Shown here: one piece after another, positions 1-9,124 of the stretch
Layout: each line of letters starts with the position of its first letter
How positions within the stretch are numbered: position 1 is the first letter of the stretch
Source of the DNA: Verrucomicrobiota bacterium
GTDB taxonomy: Bacteria > Verrucomicrobiota > Verrucomicrobiia > Opitutales > UBA953
DNA length: 64,000 nucleotides
Assembly: GCA_039797095.1 (NCBI GenBank)
Contig: JBDKIN010000202.1
Coordinates: 2,729 to 66,728, forward strand
Reading direction: 5' to 3'
The notes under the pieces: generated by a model
Told to the model about the DNA's origin: nothing
The model's input: the letters and a program-made list of their open reading frames with translations, nothing else
Database searches by the model: none
Translations under genes and position numbers: made by a program

Positions 1-1199
1 AGCGCGTCATCTTTGTCTTCTCGCCCAACGGCATCGTCCCGCCCGCCTTCTGGCCCGACGAGGAAGGCGCGGACTTCCAGCTCAAGGCGATCATGAAGCC
101 CTTCGAGCCGTTCAAGGACAAGCTGCTCACGCTCAAGGGCGTGAACAACCGCGTCCGCGGCGACGGCGATTCGCACATGCGCGGGATGAGTTGCCTGCTC
201 ACCGGCATCGAGCTCTTCCCTGGCAACATCATGGGCGGGGGCGGTGCTCCCGCCGGCTGGGCCAGCGGTCCTTCCATCGATCAGGCGCTGCGTACCTACC
301 TGCAGGCCAACCCTGCGACCAAGACGCGCCTCGGCTCCCTCGAGATCGGCGTCGCCGTCGGCAACCGCGCCGATCCTTGGACGCGCTGGAGCTATGCCGG
401 CGCCAATCAGCCCGTCGCGCCCATCTCCAGCCCTTACGAACTCTTCGACAAGCTCTACGGCTCGATGAAGGAAGGCGAGAACCTCGGCTCCGTGCTCGAC
501 GGCCTGAAGGACGACATCGCCAAGGTCTCGAAGGCGGTGGACCAAGGCGACCGCGCGTTGCTGGACCAGCATGCGACCGCGCTACGCGAGCTCGAGCGCG
601 GCCTCAAGGAAAGCCAGTCACAGGCCGCCCTCAAGGTGCCGCATCCGCCGGAGCCCGGCGTGCCGCTCGACAACGACCGCATCCCGCAGATCACGCGCCT
701 GCAGACCGAACTTCTCATCAGCGCCTTCCAGAACGACATGGCGCGCGTCTCGACGTTCCAGTTCACCAACTCCGTCGGCGGCGCCCGCATGAAGTGGATC
801 GGCATCGATGAAGGCCACCATGCGCTCTCGCACGACCCGGACCTCAACACTGGCTCGGTCGAGAAGCTCACCAAGATCAACACCTGGTTCGCCGAGCAGA
901 TCGCCCACCTCGCGAAGCGCCTCCAAGAGACCCCGGAGCCAGACGGCAAGGGCAACATGCTGGACAATACCACCATCGTCTGGACCAACGAGCTCGGGAA
1001 GGGTAACAGCCACACGCTCGAGGATATTCCCTGGGTGCTCATTGGCGGCGGCCTCGGCTTCAAGACCGGCCGCGCGGTGAAGTTCAAGAAGGAGCCGCAC
1101 AATCGCCTGCTCATGGCGATCGCCCAAGGCTTCGGTCATCCGATGAAGACGTTCGGTAACCCGAGCCTCTGCGAAGGCGGGGCGTTGAGGCTGAGCTGA
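1..1199 (+). CDS. DUF1552 domain-containing protein (5' partial, runs off window start)
   Basis: Frame open from nt 3 (RVIFVFSPNGIVPPAFWP...) into listed ORF 93..1199. Motifs GDSHMRGMSCLLTG, GIDEGHHALSHD and GKGNSHTLEDIPWVLIGG recall the Planctomycetes/Verrucomicrobia DUF1552 family. Confidence 0.65.
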   Translation, partial: RVIFVFSPNGIVPPAFWPDEEGADFQLKAIMKPFEPFKDKLLTLKGVNNRVRGDGDSHMRGMSCLLTGIELFPGNIMGGGGAPAGWASGPSIDQALRTYLQANPATKTRLGSLEIGVAVGNRADPWTRWSYAGANQPVAPISSPYELFDKLYGSMKEGENLGSVLDGLKDDIAKVSKAVDQGDRALLDQHATALRELERGLKESQSQAALKVPHPPEPGVPLDNDRIPQITRLQTELLISAFQNDMARVSTFQFTNSVGGARMKWIGIDEGHHALSHDPDLNTGSVEKLTKINTWFAEQIAHLAKRLQETPEPDGKGNMLDNTTIVWTNELGKGNSHTLEDIPWVLIGGGLGFKTGRAVKFKKEPHNRLLMAIAQGFGHPMKTFGNPSLCEGGALRLS

Positions 1200-1210
1200 G
1201 GGTAGGTGGA

Positions 1211-1231
1211 AGCGGTAAGCGGTTAGCGGTT
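1211..1231. repeat. 3 x 7-bp tandem repeat AGCGGTA/AGCGGTT/AGCGGTT
   Basis: Read directly from sequence, 12 nt after the DUF1552 stop codon. Confidence 0.8.
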
Positions 1232-1343
1232 GGGCTAACACATGAACTGGGAGGGTGACGGGGGATCGGAAAAAACGCCGGGGGTAATGCCCGCAGCAAA
1301 TATCCGGTCTCTGGTCTCCCTTTTGGTTTCAATCTAAGCGGGT

Positions 1344-1364
1344 GGATGCGATGTCATCGCATCC
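1344..1364. other. Perfect 9-bp stem / 3-nt loop hairpin (GGATGCGAT-GTC-ATCGCATCC)
   Basis: Read directly from sequence. Lies in a 468-bp non-coding gap. Confidence 0.8.
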
Positions 1365-1372
1365 CTGCCTGG

Positions 1373-1407
1373 CATCATCTGTCATCCGCCATCCGTCATC
1401 TGCCATC
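1373..1407. repeat. 5 x 7-bp tandem repeat (CATCATC TGTCATC CGCCATC CGTCATC TGCCATC; consensus YGYCATC)
   Basis: Read directly from sequence. Immediately 3' of the hairpin, whose loop and 3' arm (GTCATC, 1353-1358) also contain the repeat core. Confidence 0.8.
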
Positions 1408-1667
1408 TTTTCCGTAAAGGGTCCCCCACCTGTGCCGATTCCGATTGGAGCTCCACTTGTTCCTGGATTTAGGTGGGCGGTGCGTTGCCACGGCTCGGAC
1501 GAGGCCGGTCGGGTCGCACCTCCCGTATATTATGTTCGTAGGGAAGGGAGGCTGCCGCGGGTGTCGAACACCGCAGGGGACAGTCAATATGAAGAAAAAC
1601 TCTGCGAAAAGCAAGCGGGGGAGAGAAGAGGGTAGATTCGTCCCTCGGTATCCGTAAATAAGTACGC

Positions 1668-2963
1668 ATGCGATACCCCTGCGCGCTTCTGCTATTCTGT
1701 CTCGGCCTGGTCGGCTGCCAGCAAACTCAGCCCCGTCCGGAAATCGTTCCCGCCGAGTATGTCGGCCGCCTCGCGCCGAAGACGCCCGCCCCATTGCTTC
1801 AGAAGGGCGACCGCCTCGCGATCTGCGGCGACTCCATCACCGAGCAGAAGATGTACAGCCTGCTGATGGAGGCGTACATCATCGCCGCGCGCTCCGACCT
1901 GCATGTCACCGTCCGCCAGTACGGTTGGAACGGCGAGCAGGCCGGCGGCTTCCTCAAGCGCATGGACAATGATGTCCTGCGTTTCAAGCCGACCATCGCG
2001 ACCACCTGTTACGGCATGAACGATTTCCGCTATGTGCCGCAGGACGACGCCATCGCCGCGACCTATCGCGCGAACCAGACCGCCGTCGTGCGTAAGTTCA
2101 AGGAGGCCGGGGCGCGCGTCGTCCTAGGCTCTGCCGGCACGATCCACTCCGTCCCGCCGTGGGTGAAGACCGCCAAGGGCACCTGGCAGGAACTCAACCT
2201 CGCGCTGCTCAACTTCCGCGACATCAACATCGAGGTCGCCCAGTCCGAGCAGGTCGCGTTCGCCGACGTCTATTGGCCGATGCTCGTGAAGGGCCATGAG
2301 GCCCGGGCCAAGTACGGCGAAGGCTTCAAGCTCGAGGGTAATGACGGCGTGCACCCCGGCTGGGCCGGCCACGTCATGATGGCCACCGCGTTCCTCGAAG
2401 GCCTCGGCTTGCGTGGTGACGTCGGTCAGATCGACGTCGACCTGACGACCGGCCAGGCGAACGCCCGCTATGGCCAGAGGATCATGAAGGCCGAAGGCGG
2501 CGTGGTCTCCCTGCGCAGCTTCCGGATCCCCGCCTCGTTCGAACCTGGCGACGTCACCAAGGACGGCACCATCGCCGCCGGTGTGGCCTTGGCTGATTTC
2601 CAGAAGAAGCTGAACCGACTGACCCTGCGGGTCGCCGGGGCCAAGACCGCGCAGGTCAAGGTGACCTGGGGTGAGCACTCCCGGATCTTCACCGCCGCGC
2701 AGCTCACCAAGGGCGTCAACCTCGCGGCCGAGTTCCCGCAGAATCCCACCTCCCCGGCTTTCGCCAAGATCTGGAAGGCCGTCGCTGAGAAGCAGGCCTA
2801 CGAGACCAAGCAGATCAAGACGCTCTTCCGCAGTCCCGAAGCCAAGAAGGACATGGAAGCCGTCGTGAAGAGCTCGCAGGTCGAGTTCGATCGCCTGGCC
2901 GCCGTGGTGCAGGCGACACTCAAGCCTGTCGATTCGACTCTCAAGGTCGAAGAGGTGCGCTGA
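1668..2963 (+). CDS. SGNH/GDSL-family hydrolase with lipoprotein-like signal peptide and C-terminal accessory domain
   Basis: LLFCLGLVGC lipobox-like N-terminus. SGNH blocks: GDSITEQ (block I), GMNDF (block III), DGVHPG (block V). Confidence 0.75.
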   Translation: MRYPCALLLFCLGLVGCQQTQPRPEIVPAEYVGRLAPKTPAPLLQKGDRLAICGDSITEQKMYSLLMEAYIIAARSDLHVTVRQYGWNGEQAGGFLKRMDNDVLRFKPTIATTCYGMNDFRYVPQDDAIAATYRANQTAVVRKFKEAGARVVLGSAGTIHSVPPWVKTAKGTWQELNLALLNFRDINIEVAQSEQVAFADVYWPMLVKGHEARAKYGEGFKLEGNDGVHPGWAGHVMMATAFLEGLGLRGDVGQIDVDLTTGQANARYGQRIMKAEGGVVSLRSFRIPASFEPGDVTKDGTIAAGVALADFQKKLNRLTLRVAGAKTAQVKVTWGEHSRIFTAAQLTKGVNLAAEFPQNPTSPAFAKIWKAVAEKQAYETKQIKTLFRSPEAKKDMEAVVKSSQVEFDRLAAVVQATLKPVDSTLKVEEVR

Positions 2964-2982
2964 GCGGACTCCGTAAATGAAA

Positions 2983-3006
2983 CGGGCCGCACTTTCGTGC
3001 GGCCCG
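2983..3006. terminator. Hairpin between convergent SGNH hydrolase and recA (CGGGCCGCAC-TTTC-GTGCGGCCCG)
   Basis: 10-bp perfect stem with 4-nt loop. No strong T-run, so function as an intrinsic terminator is uncertain. Confidence 0.5.
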
Positions 3007-3032
3007 GGCTATGGCTAGCCAACAACGATTGA

Positions 3033-4115
3033 TTATTCGGCCGTGACGTTCTCGGCGACGCCGACGCCGAGGGTCATGCCGCCGACGACCTGGACCTTCT
3101 CCATGATGGTCTTCTGGAGTTCCTCCAGGACCTTCGGGTTCTTGATGAGGTAGTCCTTGGCGGCTTCGCGGCCCTGGCCGATGAGCTGTCCGTTATAGGC
3201 GATCCAGGCGCCCTTCTTCTCGAGGATCTTGTGTTCGATGCCGAGGTCGAGGACGGAGCCGGAGCGGGAGATGCCCTCGGTGTACATGATGTCGAACTCG
3301 CATTCCGTGAAAGGAGGGGCGACCTTATTCTTCACGACCTTCACCTTGGTGCGGTTGCCGATGACCTTGCCGGACGGCTCCTTGATCTGGCCGATACGAC
3401 GGATGTCGATGCGGACGGAGGAGAAGAACTTAAGGGCGCGACCACCGGGGGTGGTCTCGGGGCTACCGAACATCACGCCGATCTTCTCGCGGATCTGATT
3501 GGTGAAGATCACCACGCAATTCGTGCGGCTGATGGCGGCCGTGAGGCGGCGCATGGCCTGGCTCATCATACGGGCCTGGACGCCGACGGTGGAGTCGCCC
3601 ATCTGGCCGTCGAGTTCCTGCTTGGAGACGAGGGCGGCGACGGAGTCGATGACGATGACGTCGACCGCGCCGGAGCGGATGAGGGTCTCGGCGATGTTGA
3701 GGGCGTCTTCGCCGGATTCGGGCTGGGAGACCAGGAGGTTGTCGAGGTCGACGCCGACGACCTTGGAGTAGCGGGGGTCGAGGGCGTGTTCGACGTCGAC
3801 GAAGACGGCGTTGCCGCCTTGGCGCTGGATCTCGGCGATGATGGAGAGACAGAGGGTCGTCTTACCGGAGGATTCCGGGCCGAAGATCTCGACGATACGG
3901 CCACGGGGGAGGCCGCCGACGCCCAAGGCGAGGTCGATGGCGACCGAGCCGGTGGACACGGTCGAGACCTGCATCTTGGTCGCGTCTCCCATGCGCATCA
4001 GGGTGCCGTCGCCATACTGCTTGTTGATGGCGGAGAGAGCCAGATCGAGGGTCTTCTTCTCGGCTGCCTGGTTGGCAGATTTTTCCTTAGCGGTGGGTTC
4101 GGATTTGGCGGACAT
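3033..4115 (-). CDS. recA: Recombinase RecA
   Basis: Walker [10 protein letters not shown]. Canonical RecA blocks: [65 protein letters not shown]. Confidence 0.98.
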   Translation of the reverse strand: MSAKSEPTAKEKSANQAAEKKTLDLALSAINKQYGDGTLMRMGDATKMQVSTVSTGSVAIDLALGVGGLPRGRIVEIFGPESSGKTTLCLSIIAEIQRQGGNAVFVDVEHALDPRYSKVVGVDLDNLLVSQPESGEDALNIAETLIRSGAVDVIVIDSVAALVSKQELDGQMGDSTVGVQARMMSQAMRRLTAAISRTNCVVIFTNQIREKIGVMFGSPETTPGGRALKFFSSVRIDIRRIGQIKEPSGKVIGNRTKVKVVKNKVAPPFTECEFDIMYTEGISRSGSVLDLGIEHKILEKKGAWIAYNGQLIGQGREAAKDYLIKNPKVLEELQKTIMEKVQVVGGMTLGVGVAENVTAE

Positions 4116-4171
4116 AACGTTGGGTATGCGGAATGGAATTTGCCGGGCACGGCGAACGTGGCAAGCAAAAT

Positions 4172-4183
4172 GAACAAATGTTC
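4172..4183. promoter_or_regulatory. Putative LexA (SOS) box GAACAAATGTTC upstream of recA
   Basis: Perfect GAAC-N4-GTTC palindrome 57-68 nt upstream of the recA start codon (4115, minus strand), in an AT-richer patch. Confidence 0.6.
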
Positions 4184-4215
4184 ACTACTTCTTTACACCC
4201 TGTCCTGGCTGGGGG

Positions 4216-5238
4216 TTAGAAGCTAAACAAATCCCCCAGCCAGTCCCAGAAACCGGGCTCTTCCTTGGGTTTTCCGGTGATCTTAGCGGCCGGCTTGAGC
4301 GCCGGGAGGCGGGGCTGGGCTTGGAGCTTGGCCATACCGGCCTTCATGAGGTCAGCGGCCAACTGATCGCGAAGCCGCTGCTCGGCCTTGGCGCCTAAGG
4401 GGCTCTGGCAACCCAGCACGACGGCGATGACCCGATGCTCGCCGGCTTTGGCGGTAGTAACGATCGAGGCGTCGGCGGCCTCGGTCCAGCCGGTCTTTAG
4501 GCCGTCGCAACCAGGGAAGGAATCCAGGAGGTAGTTATGATTCAGCACCTCCATCGGCTTCAGCGGCCTACGGAGGACATGACGTTTGGCCGACGTGAAT
4601 CGCAGGGCTTCGGGCATCCCGCAGAGCACGACGGAGAGCTTGGCGAGGTCGCGGGCGGTCGTCGTGTCATGGGGGCCCTTGCCGTAGGTCAGTCCGTTGG
4701 GGGTGACGAAGCGGGTGCGGGTCATGCCGAGTTCGGCGGCCCGGCGGTTCATGCGGGCGACGAAGGCCGCCGTGCTGCCCGCGCGGTCGACGGCCAGCGC
4801 CACTGCGACGTCGTTGGCCGACTTCAGCATCAGGGCGTAAAGCATGTCTTCCACCGAGAAGGTCTCCCCGACGGCCAGCCAGATCTGAGAGCCGCCGGTG
4901 CCGGCCGCTTCCTTGGTCACGCCGACCCGGCTGGGCAGCGTCGTCTTGCCGGCGCGGACGTCTTCGAGGACCAGCAGGAGCGTCATCAGCTTCGTCACGC
5001 TGGCGGGGCTGCCCGGATAGTCGGCCGTGGTCTGCGCGAGGACGGCCCCCGTCGCGGCGTCGACGCAGATCGTGCCATCCACCCGCATGCCTTGGGTCGA
5101 GTAACGCGTCTGGGCGGCCGTCTCCGCGGTGAGCGCGGCGCAGAGGAGGAGGGCGGTCGCGACGAAGCGCACGGGCGATTGGTTGACGGACCAGACGGCG
5201 GAGCAAGTCCGATTTGCATCGGCTCCGCCGAACGTCAC
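4216..5238 (-). CDS. D-alanyl-D-alanine carboxypeptidase (serine-type, PBP5/DacA-like)
   Basis: Signal/TM N-terminus. SxxK motif SVTKLMT, SxN motif SAND, KTG motif LKTGWT. Confidence 0.85.
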   Translation of the reverse strand: MTFGGADANRTCSAVWSVNQSPVRFVATALLLCAALTAETAAQTRYSTQGMRVDGTICVDAATGAVLAQTTADYPGSPASVTKLMTLLLVLEDVRAGKTTLPSRVGVTKEAAGTGGSQIWLAVGETFSVEDMLYALMLKSANDVAVALAVDRAGSTAAFVARMNRRAAELGMTRTRFVTPNGLTYGKGPHDTTTARDLAKLSVVLCGMPEALRFTSAKRHVLRRPLKPMEVLNHNYLLDSFPGCDGLKTGWTEAADASIVTTAKAGEHRVIAVVLGCQSPLGAKAEQRLRDQLAADLMKAGMAKLQAQPRLPALKPAAKITGKPKEEPGFWDWLGDLFSF

Positions 5239-5247
5239 TTTCTCGCC

Positions 5248-5736
5248 ATGCGACTTTACCTGCTACGCCATGCCGAAGCCGTCCCCGGGACGCCGGACGC
5301 TTCGCGCGACCTCACGGCCCACGGGCAGCGGCAGGTCGCCCTGCTGGCCCAGGGCGCGGGCTTCGTGCCTCTGGCGGAAGTCGACGCGATCGAACACAGC
5401 CCCCTGGTGCGCGCGGTCCGGACGGCCCAGCTGCTCCGGTTGGCGACCCGCTCCGCCTTGCCTTTGAAAGTGTTCGCGGGACTGGAGCCGGAGGCCGATC
5501 CGCGTAAGACCGCGGCGATCGTCGCCAAGGCCCGGCGCAGCCGCCTGCTCGTCGGCCATAACCCACATCTCGCGGAGCTGGCCGCGCTCCTGCTCGGTCT
5601 GCCCTCCGGGGGCGAAGGCATCCGTTTCCGCAAGGCCGGGCTGATGGCGTTGGAACGGCGGAGCAAGCCGGACCGGGCGAGGCCGTTCGGCGCCTGGAGC
5701 CTGCTCTGGATGGTGCCGCCCGACCTCACGAAATGA
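5248..5736 (+). CDS. sixA: Phosphohistidine phosphatase SixA
   Basis: Internal ATG at 5248 in ORF 4537..5736 gives MRLYLLRHAEA (RHG phosphatase motif) and a 162-aa product with HNPHL near the C-terminus. The upstream part of the long ORF is Arg/Gly-rich shadow of the opposite-strand gene. Confidence 0.8.
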   Translation: MRLYLLRHAEAVPGTPDASRDLTAHGQRQVALLAQGAGFVPLAEVDAIEHSPLVRAVRTAQLLRLATRSALPLKVFAGLEPEADPRKTAAIVAKARRSRLLVGHNPHLAELAALLLGLPSGGEGIRFRKAGLMALERRSKPDRARPFGAWSLLWMVPPDLTK

Positions 5737-5783
5737 CACGCCCCGTCCTTGACTGAACTCGCCGCCGAACCGACTCTACCTGC

Positions 5784-6410
5784 GTGTCCGAACGTCGTCG
5801 ACATCGCCTGATCTGGTCCGCGGTGGCCTGCGCCCACGCGATGGCCCTCGGCGCCGTCTGGGTCGGCGGACTGCGGGGCGTCGGCGAACCAGCCACGGAA
5901 GGCGGCCATATTCTCGTCACGTTGCTGCCGGAGCCGGTCGCTTTGCCCGGCGAGGCCAAGGAGGGCGCGGCCCTCGGCGCCGGTCTCACCTTGCCCGTGA
6001 CGCCGGCCTTCGTCCCCGTCCCCGCCGCCGCGCTCCCGCCGGTGACCGCCCCGGTGGTCGCTTTGCCCGCCGTCGTGGCCCCTGCGTCCGCCGAGCCCCG
6101 CGGCGTGGCGGTCGCCGCGCCCGCGCCGGTCGCGGAGGTCTTCGTACCGCCCGCCTTCCGCGCGCGGCAGGAGCCGGCCTACCCTGAGCGGGCGCGCCGC
6201 GCCGGCGTCGCCGGCGTCGTCGGCGTCCGCATCGCGCTCGCCGCCGACGGCACGGTGCGCGCGGTCGAGCTCACCGTCAGTTCGGGCAGCCGTCTACTCG
6301 ATGAGGCCGCGTTGGCGGCCGCCCGGGCGTCGACCTTCGAGCCGGCCACCCGCAACCACGCCCCCGTCGAGTCGGAGGCCGTCGCCAGCTATCGTTTCGA
6401 ACTACGCTGA
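5784..6410 (+). CDS. Energy transducer TonB-family protein
   Basis: GTG start, N-terminal TM helix and Pro/Ala/Val-rich linker. TonB C-terminal domain: YPERARRAGVAGVVGVRIALAADGTV...SSGSRLLDEAALAAA. Confidence 0.75.
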   Translation: MSERRRHRLIWSAVACAHAMALGAVWVGGLRGVGEPATEGGHILVTLLPEPVALPGEAKEGAALGAGLTLPVTPAFVPVPAAALPPVTAPVVALPAVVAPASAEPRGVAVAAPAPVAEVFVPPAFRARQEPAYPERARRAGVAGVVGVRIALAADGTVRAVELTVSSGSRLLDEAALAAARASTFEPATRNHAPVESEAVASYRFELR

Positions 6411-6413
6411 CCC

Positions 6414-7454
6414 ATGCGTGTTCTGGTCGCTTCCTCCAACCGCGGCGTGAACGGCGCGGCCGTCTACGCCCGCCGCGTCCTGTCGCTGCTCCGCGCCGCA
6501 GGGCACGACGCCGCCTTGGCCTGCGAGGAGGACTCGTGGGTCGGGCGCGACCTCCCGGCCGACGTCCCGGTGCTACGCACCGACTTCCAGCGCTGGCCGT
6601 TCGACGAGTGCGACCGCGTGGCCGCCTGGTGCCGGCGAGAGGGCGTGGAACTCATCCATTCCCATCTGACCCGCTCCGGTAATTTCGCCGCCCTCCTGCG
6701 TCAGCGGCACGGCCTCCGGAGCGTGGCGCACCTGCACGCGAACCATCCGCAGTTGCACACCGGTTTCCATGACCTGCTCGTCGCTGTCTCGGACGACGTC
6801 GCGCGCCGCCATCGGCTGCTTCCGTGGAACTGGATGACCGAAGTCGTCACCTTGCCCAACTTCGTCGACGCCGCCGATTTTCGTCCGGCGTCCGCCGGCT
6901 CCCCCGATCCGCTGCGCGCCGCGCTCGGCGTGGCGGCCGACGTCCCGGTCATCGCGGTCGTCGGCCTGATCTCGCTGCGCAAAGGTCAGGACCTCGCCGT
7001 CCGCGCCTTCGCCGAATTACGCCGGAAGCGGCCCGACGCCGTGCTCGCCGTGATCGGCGGCGGCGTCCTTCCGGCCGGCTTGCCGCTCGACGGCGTCCGC
7101 TTGCTCGGCCATCGCGACGATGTCGCGCGCCTGTTGCCGCCCGCTTCCGTGGTGGTCGTCCCTTCGCGCGAAGAGCCGTTCGGCCTGGCCGCCATCGAAG
7201 CCATGGCTTGCGAAGTCCCGGTGATCGCTTTCGCGGTCGGCGGCCTGGCGGAAGTGATCGGTGGCGGCGCCGGCGTCGCCGTGCCGCCGGGCGACTGCGC
7301 GGCCTTGGCCGCCGCGATGGACGGCCTGCTGTCGGATGAGGCCGCCCGTCGGGAGCAGGCGCGGGCAGGCCGGGCGAGCGCGCTCGCCCGTTACGGCAAG
7401 GAGGCGCATCTGGCGGCCTTGGTCAGCCAGTTCCGCCGCGTGCTCGCTCAGTAA
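6414..7454 (+). CDS. Glycosyltransferase family 4 (GT-B fold)
   Basis: MRVLVASSNRGVNGAAVY N-terminus. C-terminal GT1/GT4 motif VVVPSREEPFGLAAIEAMACEVPVIA. Confidence 0.8.
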   Translation: MRVLVASSNRGVNGAAVYARRVLSLLRAAGHDAALACEEDSWVGRDLPADVPVLRTDFQRWPFDECDRVAAWCRREGVELIHSHLTRSGNFAALLRQRHGLRSVAHLHANHPQLHTGFHDLLVAVSDDVARRHRLLPWNWMTEVVTLPNFVDAADFRPASAGSPDPLRAALGVAADVPVIAVVGLISLRKGQDLAVRAFAELRRKRPDAVLAVIGGGVLPAGLPLDGVRLLGHRDDVARLLPPASVVVVPSREEPFGLAAIEAMACEVPVIAFAVGGLAEVIGGGAGVAVPPGDCAALAAAMDGLLSDEAARREQARAGRASALARYGKEAHLAALVSQFRRVLAQ

Positions 7455-8347
7455 GGGCTGACGGGGTTGCCCTTGAAGCCCTTGAAGCGTCGGTGGACCC
7501 AGAGGTACTGCTCGGGCGCCGCGCGGACGGCTGCTTCCAGGGTCGCCGTCAGGCGCAAGGTGTCGGCTTCCGGGTCGGCGGAAGGGAAGTCGGCCAGCGC
7601 GGGGCTGATCGTGAGCACGTAGGTGCCGTCCGGCGCGCGCCGCGGGTAGAAGGTGAACACCGCCGCGCCGGACATCTTCGCCAAGCGCGACGTCGACAGG
7701 TTGGTGATGGCGGGCCGGCCGAAGAAGGGGAGCACCGCCGACTGCGGCGTCCACTTGCCTTGGTCGGGCGCGTACCAGACCGCTTCACCGTCGCGGAGGG
7801 CGCGCATGAGGCCGGACATGTCGCGCATCTCGATGGCGCGGCTCGCCCAGGCGGTGCGGTGCTTGCGGAGCAGGTCGGCCAGCACGGCATTGTTCGGGTC
7901 GCGGTAGAGGCAGCAGAGCGGCGTCCGCAGGGCGAGCATGCGACCGGCGATCTCAAGCGTCGTGAAGTGGCCGGAGACCACCAATACGCCGCGCCCGGCC
8001 GCCCGGGCTTTCTCCAGCGCTTCGACGCCTTCGATGCGGCAAGGAGGCAGGGCGGAGGGCGGCCGCCACCAGCAACGCGCGACTTCCAGGATGCCGAGGG
8101 CGAGGGACTGGTAGTGGCGTCGCGCCAACGAGCGGCGGGCGGACTCCGTCAGTTCCGGGAAGCATACGCGGAGGTTGACGAGCACTACGTGACGGCGGAT
8201 TCGCACGACATGGAAAGCGAAGGCGCCGAAAGCGGCGGCGAGGCCTCTTTGCCAGGACCAGGGCAGCCAGGCGACGAGCCAGAGGCAACCCAGGGCGACG
8301 CGGGTGAAGGCGGCGCCGGACAGTCGGGCGAGACGGGGGGCGGGCAT
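7448..8347 (-). CDS. Lipid A biosynthesis (LpxL/HtrB-type) lysophospholipid acyltransferase
   Basis: N-terminal TM helix. HX4E acyltransferase motif SGHFTTLE, later YAPDQ and FFGRPA blocks typical of late lipid A acyltransferases. Confidence 0.75.
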   Translation of the reverse strand: MPAPRLARLSGAAFTRVALGCLWLVAWLPWSWQRGLAAAFGAFAFHVVRIRRHVVLVNLRVCFPELTESARRSLARRHYQSLALGILEVARCWWRPPSALPPCRIEGVEALEKARAAGRGVLVVSGHFTTLEIAGRMLALRTPLCCLYRDPNNAVLADLLRKHRTAWASRAIEMRDMSGLMRALRDGEAVWYAPDQGKWTPQSAVLPFFGRPAITNLSTSRLAKMSGAAVFTFYPRRAPDGTYVLTISPALADFPSADPEADTLRLTATLEAAVRAAPEQYLWVHRRFKGFKGNPVSPY

Positions 8348-8364
8348 GGCGGTCAGGGGCGGGT

Positions 8365-9123
8365 TCAGCGGCTACGTTGCCAGGCCTTCACCCAATCGAC
8401 TTCAAAGGTGTTCTGCGAGGCAGACTTCAGGCCATACCCTTCCTTGGGGCGTTCGCCGTTCCAGCCTTTGATATTGGATTCGCTCGTGAGCAGGAGGAAC
8501 TGCGGCGCCTTCGAGCCGGGACATTTCGCGTCGGTCCAGACGACCTTGCCGTCGAAGCTGAAGCGGTAGCCCGATTCGTCCCACTCGACGCCGTAGTCGT
8601 GCCACTTCCCGCCGACGGACGCCGGATGTTGCGTCGAGCTGCTCTTCTTCTCCGTCGCATGCTTGTAAGGGCCCCAGTGGAGCACCGATTGGTAGCCGCC
8701 TTTCTTCAGGCCGGTCGTCTCGAGGATGTCCATCTCGACACCGTCGTTCGCCGCGCCGGCGGCCGTGCCGGATTTGCCGTAGGTCGGCGACTGCGACCAG
8801 AAGGCGATCTGCGTGCCGGGCTGGACGGAGAAGCGGCAACGCGCCTCGACCTTGCCTTGGACGAGGGCGAACTTCTTGCGCGTCGTGACGAAGCCGCAAT
8901 AGGTCGTCCCGTCGACGTCCGTCCAGGTCGTGATCTTCAGCACGCCGTCTTTCAGGTCGACCGCTTTGGGGGAGTTGAGCGAATCGCGACGCTTGCCGGT
9001 CTCGATGTTCCAGGTCTTCGCGTCGAGTTCCGCCCCGTCGAAGCCGTCGTCGAGCACGAGTTTGAGCGTCGGTTCGGCGGCGCAGGCGGAGGCACCGAGC
9101 AGCAGCAGGAGGAGGACGCGCAT
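8365..9123 (-). CDS. Glycoside hydrolase family 16 (beta-glucanase-like), secreted
   Basis: Start moved to internal ATG (9123), giving signal peptide MRVLLLLLLGASACAA. GH16 catalytic motif EMDILE. Confidence 0.85.
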   Translation of the reverse strand: MRVLLLLLLGASACAAEPTLKLVLDDGFDGAELDAKTWNIETGKRRDSLNSPKAVDLKDGVLKITTWTDVDGTTYCGFVTTRKKFALVQGKVEARCRFSVQPGTQIAFWSQSPTYGKSGTAAGAANDGVEMDILETTGLKKGGYQSVLHWGPYKHATEKKSSSTQHPASVGGKWHDYGVEWDESGYRFSFDGKVVWTDAKCPGSKAPQFLLLTSESNIKGWNGERPKEGYGLKSASQNTFEVDWVKAWQRSR

Positions 9124-9124
9124 G

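Noticed and set aside
1240-1330. Possible TPP (THI-box) riboswitch because of CUGGGA... and a CGGG-GGUAAUG-CCCG hairpin resembling the P5 region.
   Set aside because: The highly conserved CUGAGA box is not present, only CUGGGA. The other conserved helices could not be traced. The nearest downstream gene is a hydrolase about 400 nt away, not a thiamine gene. This is left as part of the generic non-coding-region finding.
4537-5736. 399-aa ORF suggesting a much longer SixA-containing protein.
   Set aside because: The first approx 237 codons are antisense to the D-Ala-D-Ala carboxypeptidase gene and look like shadow sequence. The SixA signature starts exactly at the internal ATG 5248 (MRLYLLRHAEA), giving a normal 162-aa SixA.
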